Shown in pieces: positions 1 to 12,900 of a stretch of DNA of 64,000 nt. The position numbers and the translations under genes are program-made. Each line of letters begins with the position of its first letter. Position 1 is the first letter of the stretch. The stretch is from NCBI GenBank assembly GCA_030390025.1, contig CM059433.1, positions 18,974,001 through 19,038,000 on the forward strand, read 5' to 3'. The DNA is from Squalus acanthias (Eukaryota). The notes under the pieces were generated by a model. It saw nothing but the letters and a program-made list of their open reading frames with translations, was not told where the DNA came from and did no database searches.

Positions 1-1852
1 AATCTGGAATAAAAAAAAGCTAGTATCGGATTGTCGTAAAAACCCATCTGGCTCACTAATGCCTTTTAGGGAAGGAAATCTGTCGTCCTTACATGGTCTG
101 GGAGGGATTTTGCCTATATGTGACTCCAGACCCACAGCAATGTGGTTGACTCTTAACTGCCCTCTGAAATGGCCTAGCAAACCATTCAGTTGTAACAAAC
201 CGCTACAAAAAACAATAAGACAGACCGCCGGCACCGGCTTCGGACACGACAACGGCACACCCAGCCCAGTCAACACTGCAATGTACTCCTCACTAACATC
301 TGGGGATTGGTGTCAAAATTGGGAGAGGTGTCCCACAGACTAATCAAGCAACAGCCTGACATAGTCATATTCACAGAATCATACCTTTCAGCCAATGTCC
401 CAGACACCTCCATCGCCATCCCTGGGTAAGTCGCGTTCCCTCTGGCAGGACAGACAGAGGTGGCGGCACAGTGGTATACAGTTGGGAGGTAGTGGCCCTG
501 GGAGTCCTCAACATTGACTCTGAACCCCCTGAAATCTCATGGCTTCAAGTTAAGCACGGGCAAGGAAATCTCCTGCTGATTACCACCTACCGCCCTCCCT
601 CAGCTGATGAATCAGTACTTCTCCATGTTGAACACCAATTGGAAGAAGCACTGAGGGTAGCAAGGGCACAGAATGTACTCTGGCTGGGGGACTTCAATGT
701 TCATCACCACGAGTGGCTCGGTAGTACCACTACTGACCGAGCTGGCCAAGTCCTGAAGGGCATAGCTGCCAGACTGGGCCTGCAGGTGGTGAGAGAACCA
801 ACACGAGGGGAAAAACCTGCTTGACCTCATGCTCACCAATCTACCTGTGGCAGGTGCATCTGTCCATGACAGCATCGGTATGAGTGACCACTGCACAGTC
901 CTTGTGGAGACGAGGTCCAGTCTTCACACGGAGGACACCCTCCATCATGTTGTGTGGCACTACCACTGTGCTAAATGGGATAGATTCAGAACAGATCAAG
1001 CAGCTCAAAACTCGGCATCCATGTGGCGCTGTGGGCGATCAGCAGCAGCAGAATTGTAGAAGGAGAAGGAGCCTCCATGAATATCCCCATCCTCAATGAT
1101 GGTGGAGCCCAGCACACAAGTGCAAAAGACAAGGCTGAAGCGTTTGCAACCATCTTCAGCCAGAAGTGCCGAGTGGATGATCCATATCGGCCTCCTCCTG
1201 AGGTCCCCACCATCACAGAACAAGTCTTCAGCCAATTTGATTCACTCCACGTGATATCAAGAAACAGCTGAGCGCACTAGATACAGCAAAGGCTTTGGGC
1301 CCCAACAACATCCCGACTGTCGTGCTGAAGACTTGTGCTCCAGAACTAGCCACGCCTCCACCCAAGCTGTTCCAGTACAGCTACAACACTGGCATCTACC
1401 CAACAATGTGGAAAACTGCCCAGGTATGTCCTGTCCACAAAAAGCAGGACAAATCTAATCCAGCCAATTACCACCCCATCAGTCTACTCTCAATCATCAG
1501 CAACATGATGGAAGGTGTCGTCGACAGTGCTATCAAGCGGCACTTTCTCACCAATAACCTGCTCACTGATGCTCAGTTTGGGTTCCAGCAGGACCATTCG
1601 ACTCCAGACCTCATTACAGCCTTGGTCCAAACATGGACAAAAGAGCTGAATTCCAGAGGTGAGGTGAGAGTGACTGCCCTTGACATCAAGGCAGCATTTG
1701 ACTGAGTGTGGCATCAAGGAGCCCTAGTAAAACTGAAGTCAATGGGAATCAGGGGGAAACCTCTCTACTGGCTGGACTCATACCTAGCACAAAGGAAGAT
1801 GGTTGTGGTGGTTGGAGGCCAATCATCTCAGCCCCAGACATCGCTGCAGGAG
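1..1852 (+). mobile_element. Non-LTR retrotransposon copy A (SINE-like 5' region, APE endonuclease, partial RT; CR1/L2-group), degenerate, 3'-truncated, begins before the window
   Basis: Fragments LLLITTYRPPS, WLGDFNVHH, SDH, KKQDKSNPANYHPISLLS, QFGF, ALDIKAAFD. Colinear with 9906-13246, including the 5' non-coding region. Confidence 0.9.
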
Positions 1853-2242
1853 TTTATAAATATTTTAAACAAAAATTTAATTTTTGGAAAATAAAATTAA
1901 AGTTTTTTACGGCACTAAAAATAAACTTACCTTTTTTAAAAGTATTTTTAAATTAAATGAGTGAAAATTTTTTAAAAACTTTAAAAAAAATTTATGCTGG
2001 TAAAAGCAGGCGTTAAGATTTTAAGTGATTTCAGTGGGCAGTGGTTCTGCAGAAAGCGGAACTCTCCACCCGCAGAGGCCCTTCTCCAGGGCAGGCGGCG
2101 GATCTGTCAAGAGGATTCTTGACATATCGGAAATGCCGGTTTTCAGCGCATGCACTTCGCATGCCTGAAACCGGCCCTTGCGAGGCCCCTACGGGTGTGT
2201 ACACAGCTCGTACACACCCGTAGGGATCGGAAAATACGGGCC
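1853..2242. mobile_element. End of a putative non-autonomous DNA element with tandem hairpins
   Basis: AT-rich interior followed by inverted repeats at 2105-2124, 2135-2175 and 2187-2225 (perfect 16-bp arms), ending GGAAAATACGGGCC. It truncates the LINE to its left. Confidence 0.5.
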
Positions 2243-2321
2243 ATTGTGTAAAATAATGGAACTGATTAGGAGTAAATTTGATCACCTGTATATCATCAAC
2301 ATGCATTCAGCAGATCATGTC

Positions 2322-2409
2322 TGGGGGTACGGTAGCATAGTGGTTATGTTACTAGACTAGTAATCCAGAGGCCTGGACTAATAACCGGAGAAGAGAGTTC
2401 AAATCCCAT
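2322..2409 (+). mobile_element. tRNA-derived head (A box TAGCATAGTGG, B box GTTCAAATCC) of the same family as 9906, truncated by a Penelope fragment
   Basis: Closely similar to 9906-9992. Confidence 0.75.
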
Positions 2410-3108
2410 GCAAGCGCAGGAGATGCAACACCTGCCCTTTCACCTCCTCCCTTCCCATCGTCCATAGCCCCAAACACTCCTTCCAAGTGAAACAGGAATT
2501 TAGTATCGTCAGGTCATCGACTTGAAACGTTAACTCTGTTTCTCTCTCTACAGATGCTGCCTGACCTGCTGAGTATTTCCAGCATTTTCTGTTTCTTTTT
2601 CAGGAATTTAGTACACTGTATTTGCTGCGGACACCTCGACATTGGGGAGACTAAACGCAGCTTGGGTGATAGCTTTGCTGAACACCTCCGTTCAGTCCAC
2701 AAGCGTGACCCTGAGCTTCCGGTTGTTTGCCAACTTAATTCACTGTCCCGCTCTGACCTCTGCCTCCTACACTGTCTCGAAGCTGAACGGAAGCTCAACA
2801 AACAGCACCTCATCTTTCGATTAGGCACTTTACAGCCTTCTGGACTCAACATTGAGCTCAATAATTTCACATCATAACCACTGCGACCATTTTTTCGGAC
2901 AGCAGGTGCTGGTAATGTTTCTGCTGTTCCTATTTTCAGCTCCTCTAGGCTCGTCTTTTGTTTCCTTACTTGTCACATTACCACCCACTTTTGCCTTGCG
3001 CCATCATCCCTTTTGTCATTTAATCACTCCTGCTTTCCATCCCATCAGATCTTCTCTTTTGTTCTTTCCTCCCCTCCCACCTTTCCCTGCCTCTGCACTT
3101 GCTTAAAA
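2410..3108 (+). mobile_element. Penelope-like element 3' fragment (GIY-YIG endonuclease remnant) containing a nested short pLTR-type insert at 2506-2600
   Basis: ORF 2554-2877 includes IGETKRSLGDSFAEHLRSV..LPV..RKL..QHLIFRLGTLQPSGLNIE. The nested insert is flanked by a 13-bp duplication CAGGAATTTAGTA (2493-2505, 2601-2613). Confidence 0.8.
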
Positions 3109-4514
3109 ACTGTTACCACACCCTCACCACCACCTTTGATGCCCTAGTCCCTATTAAAACAATTACTCTCTCTCACCCTGGCCATTCCCTCTGGCACAGC
3201 CCTCATCTTAACTCCCTTAAATCCAAGGGACACAGACTCCAACAGATATGGCAGACAACTGGTTTAGCCATTCACCGCCAGATCTGGCTGGATCACATAA
3301 AGCATTATCGGGTCCTGCTCTCGTCTGCCAAAATTACTCACTATTCCAGAATCATTCTGGAATGCCGAGATAAACCCCGGCTTCGATTCTCCACTGCAGT
3401 CTTCTTAAACCCCTCTGCCGTCTCCTCCACCCTCACCTCCGACAAGTGTGAGGAGCTCGTGGACTTCTTTGTCTCTAAGATTGAGACCATCCATTCAGCT
3501 GCCTCTGCCACTTCCCTTCCCTAGCCCACCGGACCAAACTTCCTCTAAGGTTACCCCCCGCGCCCTAGCCCTGAACTCACATCTTTCTCCAGTTTCTCTC
3601 CGATCTCGCCTCATGACCTCTCCGCGCTCATCTTGTCCATGAGACCCACTTCTTGCTCCCTCGACCCTATTCTCACCAAACTGACCACCCAACTTCCTTT
3701 TCTGGCTCCCATGTTAGCTGACATTGTTAACGGTTCTCTCTCAAGTACAGTCCCTCTCTCCCTCAAATTTGCCATCATCACCTCTCTCCTCACAAGCCAA
3801 CCCTTGACTCCTCTGTCCTTGCAAACTACTGCCCCATCTCCAACCTCCCTTTCCTCTCCAAAGTCCTTGAACGTGTTGCCACCTCACAAATCCGTGCCCA
3901 TCTTTGAATACCTCCAATCAGGTTTCCGCCCAAATGACATCCTTTGTGACTGTGACAAAGGTAAACTATCCCTCCTCGTCCTTCTTGACTTGTCTGCAGC
4001 CTTTGACACGGTTGACCACTCCATCCTCCTCCAACGCCTCTCCACCGTCATCCAGCTGGGCGGGACTGCACTCGCCAGGTTCCATTCTTATCCAATTGTA
4101 GCCAGAAAATCACCTGCAATGGCTTCTCTTCCCACTCCCACATTGTTACCTCTGGTTTCCCCCAAGGATCTATCCTTGGCCCCCTCCTATTTCTCATCTA
4201 CATGCTGCCCCTTGGCGACATCATCCAAAATCTCAGCATCAGTTGCCACATGTACGCTGACAACACCCAGCTCTACCTCACCACCACTTCTCTCGACCCC
4301 TCCACGGTCTCGAAATTGTCAGACTGCTTGTGCGACATCCAGTTCTGGAAAAGCAGAAATTTTCTCCAATTAAATATTGGGAAGACCGAAGCCATTGTTT
4401 TCGGTCCCCGCCACAAATTCCGTTCTCTAGCCACTGACTCCATCCCTCTCAACATCTGTCTGAGGCTGAACCACACTGTTCGCAACCTTGGTGTCATATT
4501 TGACCCTGAAATGA
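3109..4514 (+). mobile_element. L2-clade LINE, RT region, degenerate (5' part)
   Basis: Fragments [68 protein letters not shown]. Confidence 0.9.
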
Positions 4515-5240
4515 AGCGTAATTATCTATGCAGTACATTCATGGAACTCATGTATAACTGGTCCGTAATGTTATCAAGGACAAAGTAAGATTCAATGCTA
4601 TCTATACATCCACTTGACCACTGAGAACAAATCCATTCCATATCCAAATGTCCATCTGAAGCTATTTTTGGATTCAAAAACAGAGATTGAGTAGCGCTAA
4701 TAACTTGGGTAATTTGTTGCATCAGAAAATTCTTCAGCCTCTTCCCTAATGTTTCTTTGCCAATTCTTCTTCCTGAGTGGGAACAGGAAAATTTGTGGCC
4801 TGACCATCAGCCAGTATTCATTTTGAGTTCTTCAAACCACAGGAGCTGCTTCTCAGGCCTTACTTAGAATTTTTGGCAGAATTTACAATGTGAATATAAA
4901 ATCCATGAGAATGCACAAGTTATAACTTCTTTCCGGAAAGATCTTGCTGATTTATCTGGTTGCTGAAGCCAGAATTTAAAAAAATACACCAAGACTGAAC
5001 TAAAATGAGTTGGGACCAGATCACATGGGAAAGGGAGTTACCTTTTAGATAAGTGTTGCATGACAAAAATCTCAGAGAAAGAGGCATCCCATCATACTTC
5101 TCTGGTTGCCTGACATACCTATACAAATTGGGAGATAATTAAAGAAAACATATTTTTCTCATTCTGCAGCTAGATGGCAACATTTTCCAATTATTTAAAA
5201 AGAAAATGCACATTACATTCAGGGATTTTAAAATCTACTG

Positions 5241-5985
5241 CCTTGGTGTCATATTTGACCCTGAAATGAGCTTCCAACCACATATCTGCAGCATAACTAA
5301 GACCGCCTATTTCCACCTCTAACATCGCCCGTCTCCGCCTTTGCCTCAGCTCATCTGCTGCTGAAACCCTCATCTATGCCAGTTACCTCTAGACTTGACT
5401 ATTCCAACGCACTTCTGGCTGGCCTCCCTCATTCTACCCTACGTAAACTTCAGGTCATCCAAAACTCGGCTGCCCGTGTCCTAACTCGCACCAAGTCCTG
5501 TTCACCCATCACCCGTGCTCACTGACCTACATTGGCTCCCCGTTGAGCAATGCCTCGATTTCAAAATTCTCAACCTTGTTTTCAAATCCCTCCATGGCCT
5601 TGCCCCTCCCCATCTCTAATCTCCTTCAGCCCCACAACCAGCCCCAGCCGCCGCCCCCGCCCTCCCAAGATATCTGCGCTCCTCTAATTCTGCCCTTGAG
5701 CATCCCTGATTATAATCGCTCAACCATTGGTGGCCGTGCCTTCTGTTGCCTAAGCCCTAAGCTCTGGAATTCCCTGCCTAAACCTCTCCGCCTCGCTACC
5801 TCTCTTTCCTCCTTTAAGACGCTCCTTAAAACCTACCTCTTTGACCAAGCTTTTGGTCACCTGCCCTAATTTCTCCTTATGTGGCTCGGTGTCAAATTGT
5901 TTTGTCTTTTAATGTTCCTGTAAAGCACCTTGGGACGCTTTACTACGTTAAAGGTGCTATATAAATACAAGTTGTTGTTGTTGCC
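5241..5985 (+). mobile_element. L2-clade LINE 3' part, continuation of 3109-4514
   Basis: Resumes at the duplicated LGVIFD codons. Contains GGRAF..SPKLWNSLP..FKTLLKTYLF and the tail GCTATATAAATACAAG(TTG)n. Confidence 0.9.
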
Positions 5986-6239
5986 TGACTGAATATTTAA
6001 TAGCTGTCTATACCCAGATAATAATGTCTCAGTAATGAAGCAAAATGAGATCTTTGAGGGATTCCAGATTTTAGCTAAATTACAATAGGAGCTTGAGAAT
6101 ATCCCCAATAACTTTCTATTGCTATAATTTAAAATATTTTATCTATAAGTAGAATACAAATAGGTAGAGAGCATGTTTAAATACTTGTTCATTCTGGATA
6201 CAGCGAAGATAAAGAACAAAAACAGATACGGCAATATTA

Positions 6240-8078
6240 TACTTTAATCATTTAGAATTTATTTATGCAACATGTGTTACACAAATTATAATGCTTAAAA
6301 AAGCTGTAAAAGAAAATATTAAAACCAATATGCATGCAAGTCTATGGTACTGTGATAAATGTTGTAAACATACTGTCTATTAAAACAAATGTGCTTTTAA
6401 AAATTGAACATCAGAATAAACTGACCTGCTTTAAAGGTGATTTTTATTTTATTACTTATAAGAAACTATGATTAATCACATTGGCATTGCACCATTTGAA
6501 TTATCCTGAAAATATGTAAAAACATTGATAACACTTTCCATTAGCCCACTGTTGTGCTCTTGGGGAAAGAAATTCAGGATATGTAATCATGCCAGTGATA
6601 ACACCTAAAAATAATTATAAATATTTACTTTGCTTGAATTGTGTTTGAGGTAAGTAAAATTAAGAGCAGGTTTAACTATGCAGCATTCATAAGCACTATT
6701 CCAACAGCAGGTGCACTCAAATAGTACACTTAGGAATTATAAACTTTGAGCAAGATTAAAAACTTTGGATTTGTACATTTGGATAGAGTGGGCTTTACTG
6801 TACACACTGCATGTAGAAAAACAAAAACCAGTTTGAGAAACCACGAGGAAAGATTTAGTCTAGCTTTCTTGACCCACCAGAGGGAGTACCGGCTTTTCCA
6901 CAAGCAAGTCCAGTTGCAAGTTATAATCGTGATGCATTTCTAATATGCCTGTATTAAGACTGTCATCAGTACCAGTGTTGAGAATGAACCAGTCGGTAAC
7001 AGGCAAAAGGCACATGCTTTCTGTAAATACAGTAAACGGCACATCAAGGCATCACACAGTTAAGAGAACAGTTCACAATCACTAAGCAACTCAATGACTA
7101 AACAGACAAGCAGTAGATTCTTAATCATTTATCCACACGAAGGTCAACATGTACTGCAAGCCACTTCATTTCCCAGTGCTTTATCTTCATTGTATTGTAT
7201 GTCAGATGATGGTATTCAAGGTGACGTGCGAATACAACTGATGACAACAAATGGTTTCAGTCCAACAACTTGACCATTCATGTACATTTAGTACATACAC
7301 ATACCATCTGAAATGCCACAGTAATTATATTTTAAAAAAAATCGCCATTAGTTCACAAAATTAAGCAATCAGCAACTAAAATTAAAGCATTTTACCCATC
7401 TTTCACAGCCACACTTATAATGGCATTTTTTTCCCCCCACAAGTAAACCATGCTTCAAAGCAATTTCATCGTACTGGAAATGTTCTTGAAAGCGCGATTT
7501 TAAAGATACTACACTTAGTCAGAGCCGTACAAAGGACCACTTAATTACCTTTTTCATCATTTAGAGCACCAACGCTATAAGCTGGTTCTAAAAACATCCT
7601 TAATTCAGAACAAAATTAAAAAGTCTTTTCATGTAATGTACAGCATAAAGTAGTAGACTCAATGTAAGCAAGTACTGTAATACATCAGCTTTTGCCCCTC
7701 AAAACAGTACAGCCTGTAGCTACTTGTAATATCAAATCAAGCGCTTTCCCAGTTCTCAACAGGATCCAATCCCACACCATATGAATTCTTTAAACAGCCT
7801 ACAATTAATTTGTTCTTCAAACTGCACAGAAACACATCAGGGCTCTAAAACTACATTGAGCAGGTAAACTATTACCACTACATTACAGCCATACTAAACA
7901 GATACATTACTGGAATATGTTCATTTCAATCATTAAGGCAAATGTTTTTCATTAGAATATAAAATTTCTTCAACAGCAATTTTGAAATCCCATTTTACAG
8001 GTAACTTCCAAAAAAATGCTATACAAGCAATTACATTAGGATTATTCTAAATAATTAGAACTTGCAAAGGATGGCGTT
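6240..8078 (-). other. AGPAT5: Probable AGPAT5 3' UTR with candidate AATAAA signals (6443-6448, 6258-6263)
   Basis: AT-rich stretch with no recognised repeats directly after the stop codon. Plus-strand TTTATT hexamers read AATAAA on the minus strand. The true transcript end cannot be fixed from sequence. Confidence 0.5.
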
Positions 8079-8304
8079 TTAGGGTCTGATGTTAACCCAT
8101 AACCAGCCCACTAAAGTTCCATAAATCCATGTCTTCATATAAATCTTCCTTCCAGATTCTGTGAGGAGCATGGGGACTGTCAGGCCACCAAGGAAGAGCA
8201 GGGATGGGAGAGTCCTCATAAGGCTCAACTGTGATTTGTGGCCTTCTCCAGGAAACTTGCATCGCTTCTGTTCATCTTCTGCCTCATAGAATTCTGTTAG
8301 CAAC
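8079..8304 (-). CDS. AGPAT5: AGPAT5 last coding exon (exon 8), coding part 226 bp to TAA
   Basis: tgatag|G TTG CTA ACA GAA... translates LLTEFYEAEDEQKRCKFPGEGHKSQLSLMRTLPSLLFLGGLTVPMLLTESGRKIYMKTWIYGTLVGWLWVNIRP*, matching the AGPAT5 C-terminus (..FPG..TLPS.L.L.GLT..ML.T..GRK.Y..TWIYGTL.G.LWV). Confidence 0.95.
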
Positions 8305-9697
8305 CTATCAGCAAAGAGGGGAAAAAACAACAATGGAAGCTTCAGGTTATATCAAAATGAAAGTGATTAGAAACAAGCTTGAAAGGCAAAATAGCTTTCT
8401 TATTTCACATTTCTTAATTTCAAACTTCCAGCTAAAATTAGAATTTGGAATTCAAGATGGTTCTAGTGAAAGAGTTAAAATGCATTACTTGCAAAAAAAT
8501 GCTCAGAAAATGCCACATGGTAGCATTTATACTCAATTAGCATTGTAAATTCCTCATATTTGGAATGGATAAAACAGTAACTGTCCTGGGACCGAACCTG
8601 GATTAGTCCCGAGAGCAAAATGCATCTAATCACGGAGTTAGGAACGAGGTTAGTGTTCAGTTGTAGATTTTCCTGATTTTTTTGGATAGCAAAACTCTAC
8701 TTTTCCGAAAATAATTTTAAAAAGTAAATGGGAGCCGATAACAAAATAGAAAATATATTAGCTTTCCATCTACTTTGATTGGTGTAACTGCACCACAATG
8801 AATCACTGAAATGTTATTCAACCTTCAACTTCACATACTCTGCAAAGTTATGTAATATATTGCAAGCCTGCCGATTATTAGAAGGAAGACTTCCACATTT
8901 CAGTGCACTGGAGGAGATCCTGCCTGCTGTAAGGGAGACTATGGTACAATGTCCCAACAGGAGAGAAATGTGTAATTCTCCTTTCAGGGGCCAGGAATGA
9001 GATGAAAAAGTCTGAGTGGGCTCTGTAAATGGACAACAACTGGCAAAGATGAGTAAAAATGGTGTGTTGTAACAGCGTTTGAAGATTTTTCTTAAGCAAT
9101 TACATACACAGACACAATTCAAGAATAAATAGAAGAGCAGCTTATGGATCAGCGGCTTATGCAAAATGACCAAAAGAGTGTTGCAGGTGCAGAAGATCAA
9201 CTGTATGATCTTTCCCCCTTCTTATCATTTTATGTTCCCTAGGGGGAATAATTTGTTCTCTATGTTAGCAGTGAAACATACACAAAGTGTGCATTAGAGA
9301 GTAACTGTGTGGTGGTGGTATTAAATGGATTAGGCACTACTTTTGCCCATCCTCCTAATATTGCTCTTGGGAGTAAATAATTACAATCCATTTTAATACA
9401 GTGACCCGACATCAGCTGTTTTTGTTCATGAAGCAGCAATTGGAAAGTTTCTCCCCAAGTTGCCGGGTGGTGACTTAACAGAAAACCCATTATTAATGCC
9501 TATTCCGAATTTTCATTACATCAGAAAGAGTAGGAAGGTGCATAAAGTGACCTGAAATTTAAAAAAAACAGCATGTAGGACTGTGTGGAAGCAAAGACAT
9601 ATGCTTAAAGTGCCAAAAAGAAAACCCCAGGATGTCCTGAACAGAAACAAGTACCCGTGGGTACCATGGGCATCTAGTTATTACATACTAATATTAC

Positions 9698-9858
9698 ATA
9701 GAGTCGACAGCACAGAAACAGGACATTCCACCCAATTGGAATATGCTGGTGTTTATGTTCTAGACAAGCCTCATCCCAACCCTCTTCATCTAACCCCATC
9801 AGCATATCCCTCTATTCTTTTCTCCCTCGTGCTTATCTAGCTTCCCCTTAAATGCCTC
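9698..9858 (-). mobile_element. CR1-type 3' end fragment (same family as 48660-48860)
   Basis: Shares CAGCACAGAAACAGG...TTATCTAGCTTCCCCTTAA with 48686-48820. Confidence 0.55.
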
Positions 9859-9905
9859 GGTGTTTATTATTTATTGCTCTGGGTTACAGTATATCTGCAC
9901 TTAAG

Positions 9906-12900
9906 GCGGGAACGGTAACATAGTGGTTATGTTACTGGACCAGTAATCCAGAGGCCTGCACTAATGATCCAGAGACGTGAGTTCAAATCCCACCACGGCA
10001 GCTGGGGAATTTAAATCCAGTTAATTAAATACATCTGGAATAAACAGCTAGTATCAGTAATGGTCACCATGAAACTATCGGATTGTTGTAAAAACCCATC
10101 TGGTTCACTAATGTCCTTTAGGGAAGGAAATCTGCCATCCTTACCTGGTCTGGCCTATATGTGACTCCAGACCCACAGCAATGTGGTTGACTCTCAACTG
10201 TCGTCTGAAATGGCCTAGCACTCAGTTGTAAAAAACTGCTACGAAAAACAAGAATTTAAAAAACGGATGGACCACCCGGCATTGACCTCGGCACCAGGTA
10301 CGGACACGACAACAGCACACCCAGCCCAATCAACCCTACAAAGTCCTCCTCACCAACATCTGGGGACTTGTGCCAAAATTGGGAGAGCTGTCCCACAGAC
10401 TAGTCAAGCAACAGCCTGACAGTCATACTCACAGAATCATACCTTTCAGCCAATGTTCCAAACTCCTCCATCACCAGGGGTGGCGGCACAGTGGTATACA
10501 GTCGGGAAGGAGTGGCCCTGGGAGTCCTCAACATTGACTCCGGACCCCATGAAGTCGCCTGGCTTCAGATCAAACATGGGCAAGGAAACCTCCTGCTGAT
10601 TACCACCTACCGCCCTCCCACAGCTTATGAATCAGTACTCCATGTTAAACACCACTTGGAAGAAGCACTGAGAGTAGCAAGGGCACAGAATGTACCCTGG
10701 GTGGGGGACTTTAATGTCCATCACCAAGAGTGGCTCGGTAGCACTACTACTGACCGAGCTGGCCGATACCTGAAGGACATAGCTGCCAGTCTGGGCTTGC
10801 GACAGGTGGTGAGAGAACCAACACGGGGGAAAAACCTACTTGGGAAAACTGGGCATCCAGCAGGCCATCAGCAACAGCAGAATTGTATTCCACCACAATC
10901 TATAACCGGCATCTCCCTCACTCTACCATTACCATCAAGCCAGGGGACCAACCCTGGTTTAATAATGAGTGCAGAAGAGCATGCCAGGAGCAGCACCAGG
11001 CGTACCCAAAAATGCAGTGCCAACCTGGGGAAGCTGCAACACGGGACTACATGCATGCTAAAAAGCAGAAGCAGCATGCTATAGACAGGGTTAAGCGATT
11101 CCACAATCAATGGATCAGATCAAAGCTCTGCAGTCCTGCCACATCCAGTCGTGAATGACGGCAGACCATTTAACAACTAACGCGAGGAGGAGGCTCCATG
11201 AATATCCCCATCCTCAATGTTGGTGGAGCCCAGCACGTGAGTGCAAAAGACAAAGCTGAAACATTTGCAACCATTTTCAGCCAGAGGTGCAGAGTGGATG
11301 ATCCATATCGGCCTCCTCCTGAGGTCCCCACCACCACAGAAGCCAATCTTTAACAATTCGATTCACTCCACGTGATATCAAGAAACGGCTGAGCGCACTG
11401 GATACAGCAAAGGCTGTGGGCCCCGACAACTTCCCGCTGAAGACTTGTGCTCCAGAGCTAGCCGCGCCTCTAGCCAAGCTGTTCCAGTACAGCTATAACA
11501 CTGGCCTCTATCCGACAAGGTGGAAAACTGCCCAGGTCCCTCCTGTCCACAAAAAGCAAGACAAATCCCATCCGGCCAATTACTGCCCCATCAGTCTACT
11601 CTCAATCATCAGCAAAGTAACGGAAGGTGTCATTGACAGTGCTATGAAGCAGCACTTACTCACCAATAACCTGCTCACTGATGCCCAGTTTGGGTTCCGC
11701 CAGGACCACTCGGCCTCAATACAGCCTTGGTCCAAACATGGACAAAAGAGCTGAATTCCAGAGGTGAGGTGAGAGTGACTGCCCTTGACATCAAGGCAGC
11801 ATTTGACCGAGTGTGGCATCAAGGAGCCCTAGTAAAACTGAAGTCAAGGGAATTGGGGGGAAAACTCTCCACTGGCTGGAGTCATACCTCGCACAAAGGA
11901 AGATGGTTGTGGTGGTTGAAGGTCAATCATCACAGCCCCAGGACATCGCTGCAGGAGTTCCTCAGGGCAGTGTCCTAGGCCCAACCATCTTTAGCTGCTT
12001 CATCAATGACCTTCCTTCCATCATAAGGTCAGAAGTGGGGATGTTCGCTGATGACTGCACAGTGCTCAGTGTCATTCGCAACTCCTCAGATAATGAAGCA
12101 GTCCATGCCCGCGTGCAGCAAGACCTAGGCGACATTCAGGCTTGGGCTGATAAGTGGCAGGTAACATTTGCACCACACAAGTACCAGGCAATGACTATCT
12201 CCAACAAGCAAGTGTCTAACCACTGCCCCTTGACATTCAACGGCATTACCATTGCCGAATCCCCCACGATCAATATCCTGGGGGTTATCATTGACCAGGA
12301 ACTTAACTGGACCAGCCACATAAATACTGTTAGAAACATAGGAGCAGGAGTAGGCCATTCGGCCCTTCGAGCCTACTCCGCCATTCAATATCATGGCTGA
12401 TCCTCTATCTCAATACCATATTCCTGCTCTCTCCCCATACCCCTTGGTGCCTTTTGTTTCTAGAAATCTATCTATCTCCTTCTTAAATATATTCAGTGAC
12501 TTGGCCTCCACAGCCTTCTGTGGTAGAGAATTCCACAGGTTCACCACTCTCTGGGTGAAGAAATTTCACCTCATCTCAGTCCTAAATGTCTTACCCCGTA
12601 TCCTGAGACTGTGACCCCTCGTTCTAGACCCCTTGTTAAACAAGAGCAGGTCAGAGGCTGGGTATTCTGTGGCGAGTGTCTCACCTTCTGACTCCCCAAA
12701 GCCTTTCCACCATCTACAAGGCAGGAGTGTGATGGAATACTCTCCACTTGCCTGGATGAATGCAGCTCCAACAACACTCAAGAAGCTCGACACCATCGAA
12801 GACAAAGCAGCCCGCTTGATTGGTACCCCATCCACCACCTTAAACATTCACTCCCTCCACCACCGGCATACCGTGGCTGCAGTGTGTACCATCTGCAAGA

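Noticed and set aside
8305..8333. N-terminal MLFFPLFADR of the ORF-track entry 8079..8333
   Set aside because: This is the intronic polypyrimidine tract and acceptor; the exon starts at 8304.
9906..9992. Functional tRNA gene (also 2322, 38325, 54720)
   Set aside because: A and B boxes are present, but there is no convincing cloverleaf or T-run terminator, and each continues into a repeat body.
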